From an uncultured Deinococcales bacterium (GTDB taxonomy: Bacteria; Deinococcota; Deinococci; Deinococcales; JAAFIG01): a stretch of DNA of 38,762 bases. Position 1 is the first letter of the stretch. The number at the start of each line of letters is the position of its first letter. The stretch lies in contig CAXTTL010000016.1 of the NCBI GenBank assembly GCA_964247135.1, positions 1 through 38,762 of the forward strand. Reading direction: 5' to 3'. This document shows positions 27,074 through 36,232 of this stretch, piece by piece. Both the position numbers and the translations under genes were made by a program. The notes beneath the pieces were generated by a model that saw nothing but the letters and a program-made list of their open reading frames with translations, had not been told where the DNA came from and ran no database searches.

Positions 27074-27517
27074 TTAATCAAACGAATATCCAACAAAAAA
27101 CAATTCTTTGGGTTTCGTATTTTCAAAAACCGTAATACAAAAGCCTTTGCCACGGTCAATTCCCTCAAAATAATCCTGATTGTTCTCGAGCATTTCACGC
27201 GTTGGACTTTCAGTACCAAAGAAGGCAAGAAGTTCCTCTCTTTTTGGAATTCTTGCCGTGCAGTAATCATCATTCTCCGATACAGAGTTCATATCAAGAA
27301 TTGATCTCGTCCCAGTTGCATCAGCGTCTTCAATCGCTTTTTGAATACTTTTATGCTCTTTTCCTGGTGATTCAGATTTTTGGGTAATAGGAAACTCTGG
27401 GAACATCACAGCAGGGTAGTATCGTCCCGCATTGAATTCACGCTCCTTGAGCTTTTTTAAAGCCAAATTTTTATCTTCTTCGTAAGGTACAAAATACCAA
27501 TATGGTGATGATCCCAT
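27074..27517 (-). CDS. Hypothetical protein, AT-rich
   Basis: 147-aa ORF; AGGAG RBS overlapping the gdh stop; AT-rich codons. Confidence 0.75.
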   Translation of the reverse strand: MGSSPYWYFVPYEEDKNLALKKLKEREFNAGRYYPAVMFPEFPITQKSESPGKEHKSIQKAIEDADATGTRSILDMNSVSENDDYCTARIPKREELLAFFGTESPTREMLENNQDYFEGIDRGKGFCITVFENTKPKELFFVGYSFD

Positions 27518-27526
27518 CTTAATCTC

Positions 27527-28807
27527 CTATGGATACAAACCACGCAAGGCTCGAGCCTCCAAAACCCGAGTACAAGCCGTGATGAACGTGGCGGTGCGCA
27601 TGGTCACTTTCTTGTCGAGCGCAACATCCCAAATGCCTTTAAACGCTTCAATCATGATTTTCTCGAGCCGTTTGTTGATCTCGTCTTCGGTCCAGAAGAA
27701 ACTCGAGAAATCTTGCACCCATTCAAAGTAGCTGACCGTCACGCCGCCCGCGTTGGCGAGCACGTCTGGGATAATGATCGTGCCTTTTTCGGAGAGGATA
27801 TCATCGGCTTGGGGCGTGGTCGGTCCGTTCGCACCCTCGACAATGATTTTGGCTTTGATTTTATTGGCATTCGCAGCCGTGATTTGCTTCTCGAGCGCGG
27901 CTGGAATCAGAAATTCGGTTTCGATTTCCCAGAAGTCTTTGGGGTCAATCATTTCGGCGTCTTTATAGCCTGCGATGCTGCCCGTTTTGGCGATATGCTC
28001 GAGCACATCGTGCGGATTGATGCCGCTGGCGTTGTGAATCGTGCCGTTGACATCTTGAATCGCAATCACTTTTGCGCCGTGGTCGTGAAAAATCCTGGCG
28101 CTGGCGTTGCCGACGTTGCCAAAACCTTGCACGATCACCCGAGCGCCCTCGAGTGACAGGTTGATGCGCTTTGCCGCCTCCGCGCCCGCCACGAAAACAC
28201 CCCGCCCTGTCGCGTCACGTCGCCCCAGAGAGCCGCCGAGCGCGATTGGCTTGCCTGTGACCACACCGGTCGCCGTGCGCCCCTGGTTCATGCTGTAGGT
28301 GTCCATCATCCAAGCCATCGTCAATTCGTTGGTATTCACATCTGGCGCGGGAATGTCTTTGTCGGGTCCGATCAGAATGTTGATTTCACTCGTGTAGCGC
28401 CGCGTCAATTTCTCGATTTCATGAATTGAGAGCTTGCGCGGGTCAACCCGAATGCCGCCCTTCGCGCCGCCGTAAGGCAAGTTCACCGCCGCGTTTTTGA
28501 CCGTCATCCACGCGGACAGCGCCATCACTTCGGACAGCGTTACGTCTTGGTGGTATCGCACGCCGCCCTTGCCAGGACCCCTCGAGGTATTGTGTTGCAC
28601 CCTGTAACCCTCAAAATGCGCGATGCTGCCATCGTCGAGTTGGATCGGGCAATCGACAATCAAAATGCGCTTTGGACGCTTCAGGGTTTCGACCCAGTAC
28701 GCGAGTTTGCCCAGGTACGGCGTCACGCGGTCGATTTGCTCGAGGTAAATTTCCCAAGGTCCAAGGTTGTCTTTCGCCAGGTACGACGGAACTTCATGTG
28801 TGTGCAT
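27527..28807 (-). CDS. gdhB: Glutamate dehydrogenase (downstream paralog; GdhB in Thermus nomenclature)
   Basis: [49 protein letters not shown]. Confidence 0.93.
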   Translation of the reverse strand: MHTHEVPSYLAKDNLGPWEIYLEQIDRVTPYLGKLAYWVETLKRPKRILIVDCPIQLDDGSIAHFEGYRVQHNTSRGPGKGGVRYHQDVTLSEVMALSAWMTVKNAAVNLPYGGAKGGIRVDPRKLSIHEIEKLTRRYTSEINILIGPDKDIPAPDVNTNELTMAWMMDTYSMNQGRTATGVVTGKPIALGGSLGRRDATGRGVFVAGAEAAKRINLSLEGARVIVQGFGNVGNASARIFHDHGAKVIAIQDVNGTIHNASGINPHDVLEHIAKTGSIAGYKDAEMIDPKDFWEIETEFLIPAALEKQITAANANKIKAKIIVEGANGPTTPQADDILSEKGTIIIPDVLANAGGVTVSYFEWVQDFSSFFWTEDEINKRLEKIMIEAFKGIWDVALDKKVTMRTATFITACTRVLEARALRGLYP

Positions 28808-28851
28808 TGTGACTCCTTCAATTGGGCGCATGACGATGCGCCACGAAATTT

Positions 28852-30135
28852 TTATGGATACAGACCGCGCAAATTCGTGCTCTCGTTAATCCTCGAGATT
28901 GCCAGCACGTAAGCGGCAGTCCGCAAATCAGTCTTTTTTTCGTTGGCAACGGCGTAAATCTCATCCAAGGCTCGAGCGATGTGTTTTTCGAGGTTGGCGT
29001 TGATCTCGTCCAAACTCCAGTAAAAATTATTAAAATCTTGCACCCATTCGTAATAGCTGACCGTCACGCCGCCCGCGTTGGCGAGCACGTCTGGAATCAC
29101 AATTCTGCCCTCTTGGCGCAAAATGGTATCTGCGTCTCGGGTGACCGGATGGTTCGCGCCCTCGGCAATGATTCGCGCCTCAACTTTGGCGGCGTTGCCC
29201 GCATGAATCGAACCTTCCCTAGCACTGGGCACGAGAATATCCACTGGAAGGGTAAAAACGCTGTCCCGATCAATTTTTTTTGCGCCCGCAAAATTCTTGA
29301 CCGATCCAGTCTCGAGCTTGTGGGCAATCAGGGCGCGAATGTCCAGCCCGTCGTGGCGGTAAATCGCGCCCGAACTGTCGGAAACCGCCACCACCCGCAC
29401 GCCGCGCTCGAGCATTCCCAGCGCGGCGTAACTGCCGACCACCCCAAAACCTTGCACGGCGGCGCTCGAGTTAGCCAAATCAATGTTTTCTCTGGCAGCA
29501 ACCCCAAAAATGCTGTTGGCAACGCCGCGCCCTGGGGCTTCGAGTCGCCCGAGGCTGCCGCCCATGCTGACGGGTTTTCCGGTCACGACGCCGGTGCTGG
29601 TCGTGCCTTTGTTCTGGCTGTAGGTGTCCATGATCCACGCCATGGTTTGCTCGTCCGTACCGGTGTCGGGCGCGGGAATGTCTTTGTCGGGTCCGATCAG
29701 ATCGACCAGTTCGCTGGTGTAGCGCCGCGTCATGCGCTCGAGTTCGTCGCGGGAAAGGGTTTTGGGATTGACGTCGATCCCGCCCTTCGCACCACCAAAC
29801 GGCAGGCTCATGACCGCGCATTTGATCGTCATGCTGGCAGCCAAGCCGCGCATTTCGTCCAGGTTTAAACCCGCCCGGTACCGTATGCCGCCCTTGCCTG
29901 GACCCCTCGAGATGCTGTGCTGAACGCGGTAACCCGTAAAAAACCGCACGCTGTTGTCGTCCATGCGCACCGGTACGCTGACCGTCACCATGCGTTTGGG
30001 GTGACGCAAATACTCGAGGGTTTCGCTGGCGGCGTTCAAATGCGGCAGTGTCGCCTCAATTTGCTCGAGGAACGCGTGCCAGAGGTTAAGTTGCTGATCC
30101 GGCGGTGAGGAGTTGTGGTCTTCGGGTTTTGTCAT
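28852..30135 (-). CDS. gdhA: Glutamate dehydrogenase (upstream paralog; GdhA position in Thermus nomenclature)
   Basis: [42 protein letters not shown]. Confidence 0.9.
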   Translation of the reverse strand: MTKPEDHNSSPPDQQLNLWHAFLEQIEATLPHLNAASETLEYLRHPKRMVTVSVPVRMDDNSVRFFTGYRVQHSISRGPGKGGIRYRAGLNLDEMRGLAASMTIKCAVMSLPFGGAKGGIDVNPKTLSRDELERMTRRYTSELVDLIGPDKDIPAPDTGTDEQTMAWIMDTYSQNKGTTSTGVVTGKPVSMGGSLGRLEAPGRGVANSIFGVAARENIDLANSSAAVQGFGVVGSYAALGMLERGVRVVAVSDSSGAIYRHDGLDIRALIAHKLETGSVKNFAGAKKIDRDSVFTLPVDILVPSAREGSIHAGNAAKVEARIIAEGANHPVTRDADTILRQEGRIVIPDVLANAGGVTVSYYEWVQDFNNFYWSLDEINANLEKHIARALDEIYAVANEKKTDLRTAAYVLAISRINESTNLRGLYP

Positions 30136-30311
30136 GCGGCTGCCTCCACAAGAATGTTCTGGGCGATGGACACAAGATTTGATGCTCGAGTTTAACGCTC
30201 GAGTTTGATGATTTGCCACTTCGATGTTGCGTGTTTGAGTATACAACTGGCGAACGTTTGTTTGTTTTGGGATTGTGACGAAAAACTTCTCGTCAAACTC
30301 GAGTTAAAGCC

Positions 30312-30370
30312 GTAGGGTGCGCCGTGCGCACCGTTGGACACGTACTCTTGGTGCGCACGGCGCACCCTAC
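30312..30370. repeat. Intact REPIN (two inverted GTAG-REPs)
   Basis: GTAGGGTGCGCCGTGCGCACC-17 nt-GGTGCGCACGGCGCACCCTAC; perfect 21-bp arms, each with an internal hairpin. Confidence 0.9.
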
Positions 30371-30415
30371 CAAACTCTACACTCCGCCCTCCACATTTCG
30401 CGTTAAACTCGAGAC

Positions 30416-30727
30416 ATGCAAAAAGTCTTGGCGGGTACACTGGCAGATTTCCCGATAGGCACACAAAAAATCGTTGAACTCGAGGATGATTTTGTGCTGG
30501 TGGTGCATTCGATTTCTGGGTTTTGGGCGATTGAAGACCGTTGTTCACACGATGACAACGAACTTTACGGCGGCGAGGTGACCGATAACACCATCAAATG
30601 CCCACGCCACGGGGCAAAATTTGACCTCGAAACTGGCAGGGCGCTCTGTCTTCCGGCGGTCAAAGCCATAAAATCCTTTGCCGTCAGCCTCGAGCCTGAC
30701 GGGGTTTACGTGCTGTCGCCAGAATAA
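30416..30727 (+). CDS. Rieske-type ferredoxin
   Basis: DRCSHD...KCPRHGAKFDL.TG. Confidence 0.92.
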   Translation: MQKVLAGTLADFPIGTQKIVELEDDFVLVVHSISGFWAIEDRCSHDDNELYGGEVTDNTIKCPRHGAKFDLETGRALCLPAVKAIKSFAVSLEPDGVYVLSPE

Positions 30728-30979
30728 GAATACCGTGCTGGACGCAATAAATTGAAATTACGGCTCAGGCTGAATCGGTCAAATTCTCATTTTGTACAAG
30801 GTTTCACAAAGCTCGCGCCTGACGTGACCAAACGTACACGATCAACGGTTCAACTCGGCTGCGAAGGGGTTTTTTACATTACACGAACAGCGCTCCCGTG
30901 TCAATCGGGCTTAATTCAACCCTAGGGGAGTTGACAAATTAGGTATCCACGTATCAAAGTATTGTTTGGAGGTAACAAA

Positions 30980-31258
30980 ATGGCAGATCGTATGGGCAAG
31001 GCTCACTTGGTGCAAGAAGTCTCCGCAAAAGCTGGCGTAACCCGCAAAGCCTCAGGCAATGCAGTTGACGCAATGATTGCCGCAATCATTGCTGGCGTCA
31101 AAAAGGGCAGCGTCACACTCCCAGGACTCGGTACGTTCAGCGTGGTGAAAACCAAAGCCCGTACTGGCGTCAAACCAGGCACCAAAGAGAAGATCAAGAT
31201 TCCTGCTGGCAAACGCTTGAAGTTCAAAGCCTCCAGCACCCTCAAGGGCAAAGTCTAA
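30980..31258 (+). CDS. hup: DNA-binding protein HU
   Basis: LPGLGTFSV, ARTGVKPGTKEKIKIPA; GGAGG RBS. Confidence 0.95.
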   Translation: MADRMGKAHLVQEVSAKAGVTRKASGNAVDAMIAAIIAGVKKGSVTLPGLGTFSVVKTKARTGVKPGTKEKIKIPAGKRLKFKASSTLKGKV

Positions 31259-31286
31259 ATCTCGAGTTTCAAAACCGCCACTCAGG

Positions 31287-31313
31287 ACAGCCACCAAATT
31301 GGTGGCTGTTTTT
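31287..31313 (+). terminator. hup terminator
   Basis: ACAGCCACCA-AAT-TGGTGGCTGT-TTTT. Confidence 0.75.
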
Positions 31314-31380
31314 CATTTGGCAATTCAAGGTAACAAAAAAGCTCGAGTCCTAAAACCCGAGCCTTGAAAATCAAAAAACT

Positions 31381-31869
31381 TTAAGCCAGAATTCCAACAG
31401 CCATAACCGCACCGTCTTTGACCTCGAGCTTGATGCCCGACAACGGTTTTTTGGCTGGACCGTGGGTTGCCGAACCGTCAGCAACACTAAAAGCGCTGCC
31501 GTGACAAGGGCAATTCATAGTATGGTCTTTATCGGGGGCGCCAATTTTGCAACCCATATGGGTGCACGTTAAACTGTACGCGGTCAAATAGATTTTGGTC
31601 TTGTCCACCATCACCTCGAGCACCCGACCAGCTTTTAAGAGTTTGTCGTCCTTGGGCATTGGCACCCGAGCCAGTTGTGCGGCTGCGCCCTGAAAATCGA
31701 ACGCCACCACATCCCAGTCCTTGGCGAGTTTCTCGAGCTTGGCAACGCTGACAGGTTTGATTTCGGCGGTTTGGGCGAACGTTGAAAGTGGTGCTCCAAA
31801 CGCAACACCTACGCTGCCAACAGCGATAACTTTGAGTGCTTCACGGCGGGATTTCGAGACTTCATTCAT
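31381..31869 (-). CDS. Tat-exported Rieske 2Fe-2S protein
   Basis: SRREALK, CTHMGC, CPCHGS, GPA; GGAGG RBS. Confidence 0.9.
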   Translation of the reverse strand: MNEVSKSRREALKVIAVGSVGVAFGAPLSTFAQTAEIKPVSVAKLEKLAKDWDVVAFDFQGAAAQLARVPMPKDDKLLKAGRVLEVMVDKTKIYLTAYSLTCTHMGCKIGAPDKDHTMNCPCHGSAFSVADGSATHGPAKKPLSGIKLEVKDGAVMAVGILA

Positions 31870-31954
31870 ACTGACCTCCTGTAACCTGTTTCAGACACGG
31901 TATACGGCGAAGATGATAAAACGGTTTTGCGAAAAGCTCATTGTTAATTTTGGC

Positions 31955-31983
31955 TTGCGCGACTTTGTTTTATAGGGTATATT
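31955..31983 (+). promoter_or_regulatory. rpmI operon promoter
   Basis: TTGCGC-17 bp-TATATT. Confidence 0.6.
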
Positions 31984-32089
31984 TCTACGGCTCTAAGCGA
32001 GCGCGGCTTAAGTGTCCTCGAGATTCACTCGAGACCGCCGCACTCCAGGGTTCGCAGATTCACTGCAACACCCTCGAGCGGAGGAACAA

Positions 32090-32293
32090 ATGGGTAAGTT
32101 AAAGACTCGTAAGGTTGCCGCCAGCCGTGTGAAAATCACGGGCACCGGCAAAGTCATGGCTTGGAAGGCTGGCAAACGTCACCTTTCGTACCACAAGTCC
32201 GGCGGAGAAATTCAGGGCAAGGGCGTCGCTTACGTGATGTCCGATCACGATCAACCTCGTATTAAAGGCATGTTGCCTTACGGGGTGAAATAA
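32090..32293 (+). CDS. rpmI: 50S ribosomal protein L35
   Basis: KLKT...[10 protein letters not shown]...GKRH; GGAGG RBS; precedes rplT. Confidence 0.95.
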   Translation: MGKLKTRKVAASRVKITGTGKVMAWKAGKRHLSYHKSGGEIQGKGVAYVMSDHDQPRIKGMLPYGVK

Positions 32294-32649
32294 TGCCACG
32301 CGCCAAGACCGGTATCGTCCGTCGCCGTCGTCACAAGAAGATTCTAAAACGCGCCAAGGGCTTCTGGGGAACCCGTTCCAAGAACTACAAGAACGCCTCA
32401 CAGACGCTTTTAAACGCTGCAACCTACAGCTACCGCGACCGCCGCAACAAGAAACGCGATTTCCGTCGTTTGTGGATTCAACGCATCAACGCCGCCACAC
32501 GCTTGCACGGCATGAGCTACAGCCTGTTCATCAACGGTTTGAAGCTGGCTGGCGTCGAGGTGGATCGCAAAATGCTCGCAGACCTCGCCGTGCGTGAACC
32601 CGTGGCTTTTGAAGCCCTGGTCACGATGGCAAAATCGGCTCGCGCTTAA
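32293..32649 (+). CDS. rplT: 50S ribosomal protein L20
   Basis: [39 protein letters not shown]. Confidence 0.98.
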   Translation: MPRAKTGIVRRRRHKKILKRAKGFWGTRSKNYKNASQTLLNAATYSYRDRRNKKRDFRRLWIQRINAATRLHGMSYSLFINGLKLAGVEVDRKMLADLAVREPVAFEALVTMAKSARA

Positions 32650-32679
32650 TTTTTACAGGCTTAATTTTTAGGAGTTATC

Positions 32680-32919
32680 ATGGCGAAGACTTGTGTTGTA
32701 AGGGGCGTCTCGAGCATTGTGGTCAACACCGTGCAACGGCGCGGTAAAGCCAAAGCCGAGGGCGGCGTTGGTAAGAAAACCACTGGCATCTCTAAAGTTC
32801 GTAAATACGCGAACCTTCAAAAGAAAACCGTTCTGGTTGACGGCGTCAAGAAAACCGTTTGGTTGTCTGCCCGCGCCATGCGCAAATTGCCTGCCAATAT
32901 TGTTGTTGTCGGGAAGTAA
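32680..32919 (+). CDS. rpmB: 50S ribosomal protein L28
   Basis: [30 protein letters not shown]. Confidence 0.93.
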   Translation: MAKTCVVRGVSSIVVNTVQRRGKAKAEGGVGKKTTGISKVRKYANLQKKTVLVDGVKKTVWLSARAMRKLPANIVVVGK

Positions 32920-32931
32920 AAACCTTAAAAC

Positions 32932-32960
32932 AAAAAACCGCGCATTTGGCGCGGTTTTTT
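32932..32960. terminator. Bidirectional terminator
   Basis: AAAAAACCGCGC-ATTTG-GCGCGGTTTTTT. Confidence 0.85.
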
Positions 32961-32972
32961 ATGGCTCGAGTT

Positions 32973-33179
32973 TCATTTTGAGCTTGCGAGTTCCGAATTC
33001 GAGATTCGCATCGCTTCTTGACAGATCGGCTCGAGCCTGTCGGCGGTCTGACGTAACCACTTTGCCACTCGGGCTTTGAAACTTGGCGTCTCGAGTGCCA
33101 GCAGGTGACGGTTGTGGCTTTCTGCGAGCAAAGCTCGTTGACGTTCACGGGCGATGTGTTCAGTCATCAAATGGTTCAT
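32973..33179 (-). CDS. Small hypothetical protein
   Basis: 'ARERQRALLAES...RVAKWLRQTADRLEP'; TACAGT 6 nt before ATG 33179. Confidence 0.65.
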   Translation of the reverse strand: MNHLMTEHIARERQRALLAESHNRHLLALETPSFKARVAKWLRQTADRLEPICQEAMRISNSELASSK

Positions 33180-33211
33180 GCCCAAACTGTAATCCCAGGC
33201 ATTTAAAATTG

Positions 33212-33240
33212 GAATCTATTCGGTAAACCCCGAATCTATT
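33212..33240. promoter_or_regulatory. Putative operator for the ArsR-type regulator
   Basis: ATTCGG-N6-CCGAAT palindrome; GAATCTATT repeated at 20-bp spacing. Confidence 0.5.
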
Positions 33241-33273
33241 GGCTCGAGCCAGGTTTGGGAGTACAACTATGGC

Positions 33274-34326
33274 ATGAAAAAGCGCCTTCACCTTTCGACC
33301 CTCGACCTGACCCGCACACGCTTTGCGTTCAGTCCATTGTTTGAAACCGCAATGGGATTTGGCGTGATGAACGATCCAAGCCGTCACGCCATTCACCTGC
33401 CCTGGATTTGCGAGGCTCGAGACGCCACAGCCCATTTGGAATTTCCTTTTTTGAACGCTTTGGTTCGGGTTGCGCGGGTTGGTGGTTACATCCCCGATTT
33501 TTTGACCCCGCCGCCCGTGACCGCCCTGCCCGATTTTGCCGATGAAATCCGAGCTTTGCTGGCAACCCATCACGAACTTGTGCGCCGTGAAGTCAAACGC
33601 ACCTGGGAAGATCAAACCACCTTGCCTGCCAGCGCCCAAGTCTTCATAGACGATCCTCGAGCCGCCCTCGAGCAACTGGCATTTGAGCTTCAAGATTTCT
33701 GGAAACTGACCCTCGAGCCGCACTGGAACAAAATGCGGGCGTTGCTCGAATCCGACGTGTTGGCTCGAGCGCGAAATTTAGCGCTGGGCGGCGCGGAAGC
33801 CTTATTTTTGGATTTGAATCCCTTGGTGCATTATCAAGACGGGGTGCTCGAGTTGGACAAATCCATGTGCGCCGATGAAAGTGTAACCGCCGATATCGAA
33901 CTTGGCGGGCGCGGTTTGCTTTTGATGCCCTCCGCTTTTGTCTTCCCCAAATTCATGACCATCATCGACCCACCCTGGCAACCCGTGCTGGCGTACACCC
34001 CTCGCGGCGTGGCAAACCTTTGGATGAACCAACCGCCACCCGCCAACCAAGCCCTCGAGATGCTGCTCGGCGCTGGGCGCTCAGAGGTGCTTTTAAGCCT
34101 CGAGACGCCCTCGAGTACCTTGGAGGTCGCCACGCGGCTCAGACTCTCCTCCAGCGGCGTCTCAGAGCATTTGGGCGTATTGCGGCAAACGGGTTTGGTC
34201 GAAGCCAACCGGCGCGGCAGGTCGGTGTATTACAGCCTCAGCCGAACGGGTTGCGCCTTGCTCGATTTGTTCGTCGTGCCATCAAGTCCCGATCTCGAGT
34301 TTGGAGCAGAACTCGAGCGCGTTTAA
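33274..34326 (+). CDS. ArsR-type wHTH regulator with an N-terminal DUF5937-like domain
   Basis: RTRFAFSPLFET, YIPDFLTP, GLLLMPSAF, C-terminal 'VSEHLGVLRQTGLV..RRGRSVYY'. Confidence 0.88.
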   Translation: MKKRLHLSTLDLTRTRFAFSPLFETAMGFGVMNDPSRHAIHLPWICEARDATAHLEFPFLNALVRVARVGGYIPDFLTPPPVTALPDFADEIRALLATHHELVRREVKRTWEDQTTLPASAQVFIDDPRAALEQLAFELQDFWKLTLEPHWNKMRALLESDVLARARNLALGGAEALFLDLNPLVHYQDGVLELDKSMCADESVTADIELGGRGLLLMPSAFVFPKFMTIIDPPWQPVLAYTPRGVANLWMNQPPPANQALEMLLGAGRSEVLLSLETPSSTLEVATRLRLSSSGVSEHLGVLRQTGLVEANRRGRSVYYSLSRTGCALLDLFVVPSSPDLEFGAELERV

Positions 34327-34332
34327 ACCGTT

Positions 34333-34635
34333 TCAGTCAATGTTTTTGGCACTCAGCACGGTATGAAACTCGATTTGTGGCGGTTCGCTAAACCAAGTCT
34401 CGGCATTTCCCATCAGGGTTGCCGCAATCTGACCCGCAAGATGTGCTTGTCGCCCGCTGTCGTCTGGGTGAATATCAAAAATTCCAAACGTCGAATCTCC
34501 AATTTGATACGCCACCCAAACCTGGGTTCCAGCCTCTTGTTCCGCCAGCTTCACCGCCCCCTCGAGATACTTTGCAACCGTTTGTTCCTGCCCTGGTTTG
34601 GCTTGCAACCGCACCAACAATCCAACATGATTCAT
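34333..34635 (-). CDS. Antibiotic biosynthesis monooxygenase-family protein
   Basis: LLVRLQAKPG, EAGT..W, FGIFD, GRQAHLAG. Confidence 0.85.
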   Translation of the reverse strand: MNHVGLLVRLQAKPGQEQTVAKYLEGAVKLAEQEAGTQVWVAYQIGDSTFGIFDIHPDDSGRQAHLAGQIAATLMGNAETWFSEPPQIEFHTVLSAKNID

Positions 34636-34705
34636 CTGTGCCTGCTTCCTGGGGTTCGCCCAAAGTTCAGTATAGTCAGAATCTGAAACAACAAAGCTTT
34701 GGGGA

Positions 34706-35353
34706 TTACAGGTTTTTCTCGAGGTAAAACTCGACGTTCACTTCGCTTGTCAACTCTCGGGTGGCTTTGAATTCAGTACCAATTTCAACCCTGGCTCTTT
34801 TAGGTGCTCGAGAAAGTTCTTGGTTCATCCAATCCCCGCCAAAATTCAGGCTTTGGATTCGTTCTGGCATCTGACTCGAGTCGCTGGCACTGCGAATGCC
34901 CAGCACAGAATGCCCCACCGCATTCGCCATCGCGCTGGCTTTGTCAAACGCTTTTTTCATGGCTGCCGCACTCAACTCGAGCATGATGGCATCGGTTTCA
35001 AAAATCCATTCGAGTTGCTCGAGTTGCACATTTTTGGCACCGGTAATCACGCCCAAAAAGTCTGGGAGTTTGGAAAAATCAGTTAGGGTCAAATCGAGTT
35101 TGAATTCGGCTTTGGAGCTTTTGCCCAAAAGTCCAGCATCCACTCGGGCACTCACCGATTTGACGTTGAACTCGGCGTCTGTCGCACCGAGTTCTTTAAA
35201 TTTTGTCACCAAATCTTTGAGGATTCTCGAGCGGTCCAGCGCCGCGTTGCCAAACAAAAACGTTTCGCCCTCAACCGTAAAGTGCAGTTTGGCGAGGCTG
35301 GCGGTGATGTCCTGGCTGGCTTTGGCGCTGACGCGCAAAATGCTTTCGGTCAT
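34706..35353 (-). CDS. SIMPL (DUF541) domain protein
   Basis: 'AAAMKKAFDKASAMANAVG' and terminal 'SEVNVEF'; ATG 5 nt after the upstream stop. Confidence 0.7.
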   Translation of the reverse strand: MTESILRVSAKASQDITASLAKLHFTVEGETFLFGNAALDRSRILKDLVTKFKELGATDAEFNVKSVSARVDAGLLGKSSKAEFKLDLTLTDFSKLPDFLGVITGAKNVQLEQLEWIFETDAIMLELSAAAMKKAFDKASAMANAVGHSVLGIRSASDSSQMPERIQSLNFGGDWMNQELSRAPKRARVEIGTEFKATRELTSEVNVEFYLEKNL

Positions 35354-35358
35354 GTTTT

Positions 35359-36204
35359 TTAGTCTAATCCAAAACCATAAAACCTTGCCGCCGTGCCACC
35401 CAGGATTTGCGCCTTCTGATCGGCGGTCAGTTTCTCGAGCAACACGTTTGTCTCCTGCCAGACTTTGGTGTAATCCCCAGCCAAAATCGCCACAGGGTGA
35501 TCGCTGCCAAACATCAATCGTTCCGCCCCAAAACACCCAAAAGCATGAACCACATAAGGCTCGAGCTGGCTGGCGTTCCAAGTTTCCCAATCGGCGGCGG
35601 TGTTCAAACCCGAAACTTTGGCGTAGACATTTTCATGTTCACTGGCGGCTTTCAGCAAATCCGCCCAGGGTTGCCAGCCACGCGCAAAAATGGGCGGTTT
35701 GGACAAATGATCGATCACCATTTTCAGTTTCGGAATTTTGGTTGCCACCAGCGCCGCGATCTCGAGGTGACGCGGTAAAACGCTGACCACATCAAACGTC
35801 AAATTCTGTTCTGCAAGCATCTCGAGCGTCGTCAAAACTTCGGGCTTCAGCAAGTAATCCGCGTCGGGTTCGTCATGAATCAAATGGCGCACGCCTTTGA
35901 ATTTCGGGTGTGCTCCAAAAACCTCGAGCGCCCGAGCCGCAATTTCGGGTTCGGTCAGCGGAATCCAACCCACCACCGCTTTGATCCATGCAAACTGTTC
36001 TGCCTGCTCGAGCATTGAACGCGTGTCTTCAAAACCATTCGCCGCCTGCACCAAGACCGTCCCAGAAATGCCCGCCGCCAACAACTGAGGCTCAAGTTCT
36101 TCGGGCGTGAAGCTGCGATTTAAAACGCCATGCTCGGGTTTGAGCCAAGGGTAAGCAACCCGTTCGAGGTTCCAAAAATGCTGATGCGCGTCAATACATG
36201 CCAT
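35359..36204 (-). CDS. Amidohydrolase family protein (L-fuconolactonase-like)
   Basis: IDAHQHFW, VLVQA, GVRH, IDHLSKP, KVSG, FGSDHP. Confidence 0.88.
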   Translation of the reverse strand: MACIDAHQHFWNLERVAYPWLKPEHGVLNRSFTPEELEPQLLAAGISGTVLVQAANGFEDTRSMLEQAEQFAWIKAVVGWIPLTEPEIAARALEVFGAHPKFKGVRHLIHDEPDADYLLKPEVLTTLEMLAEQNLTFDVVSVLPRHLEIAALVATKIPKLKMVIDHLSKPPIFARGWQPWADLLKAASEHENVYAKVSGLNTAADWETWNASQLEPYVVHAFGCFGAERLMFGSDHPVAILAGDYTKVWQETNVLLEKLTADQKAQILGGTAARFYGFGLD

Positions 36205-36232
36205 GCTCGATCATATTGTATTAAACTCGGGC

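Noticed and set aside
28981-29868. Long antisense ORFs (also 6088-6849, 8335-9147, 34896-35786, 2808-3590 and others)
   Set aside because: They shadow well-supported genes on the opposite strand or in another frame and have no motifs; this is expected from codon bias.
30728-30979. 250-bp region upstream of hup as a possible ncRNA
   Set aside because: No recognisable RNA family or strong hairpin; TTGACA at 30931 lacks a well-spaced -10; probably multiple promoters.
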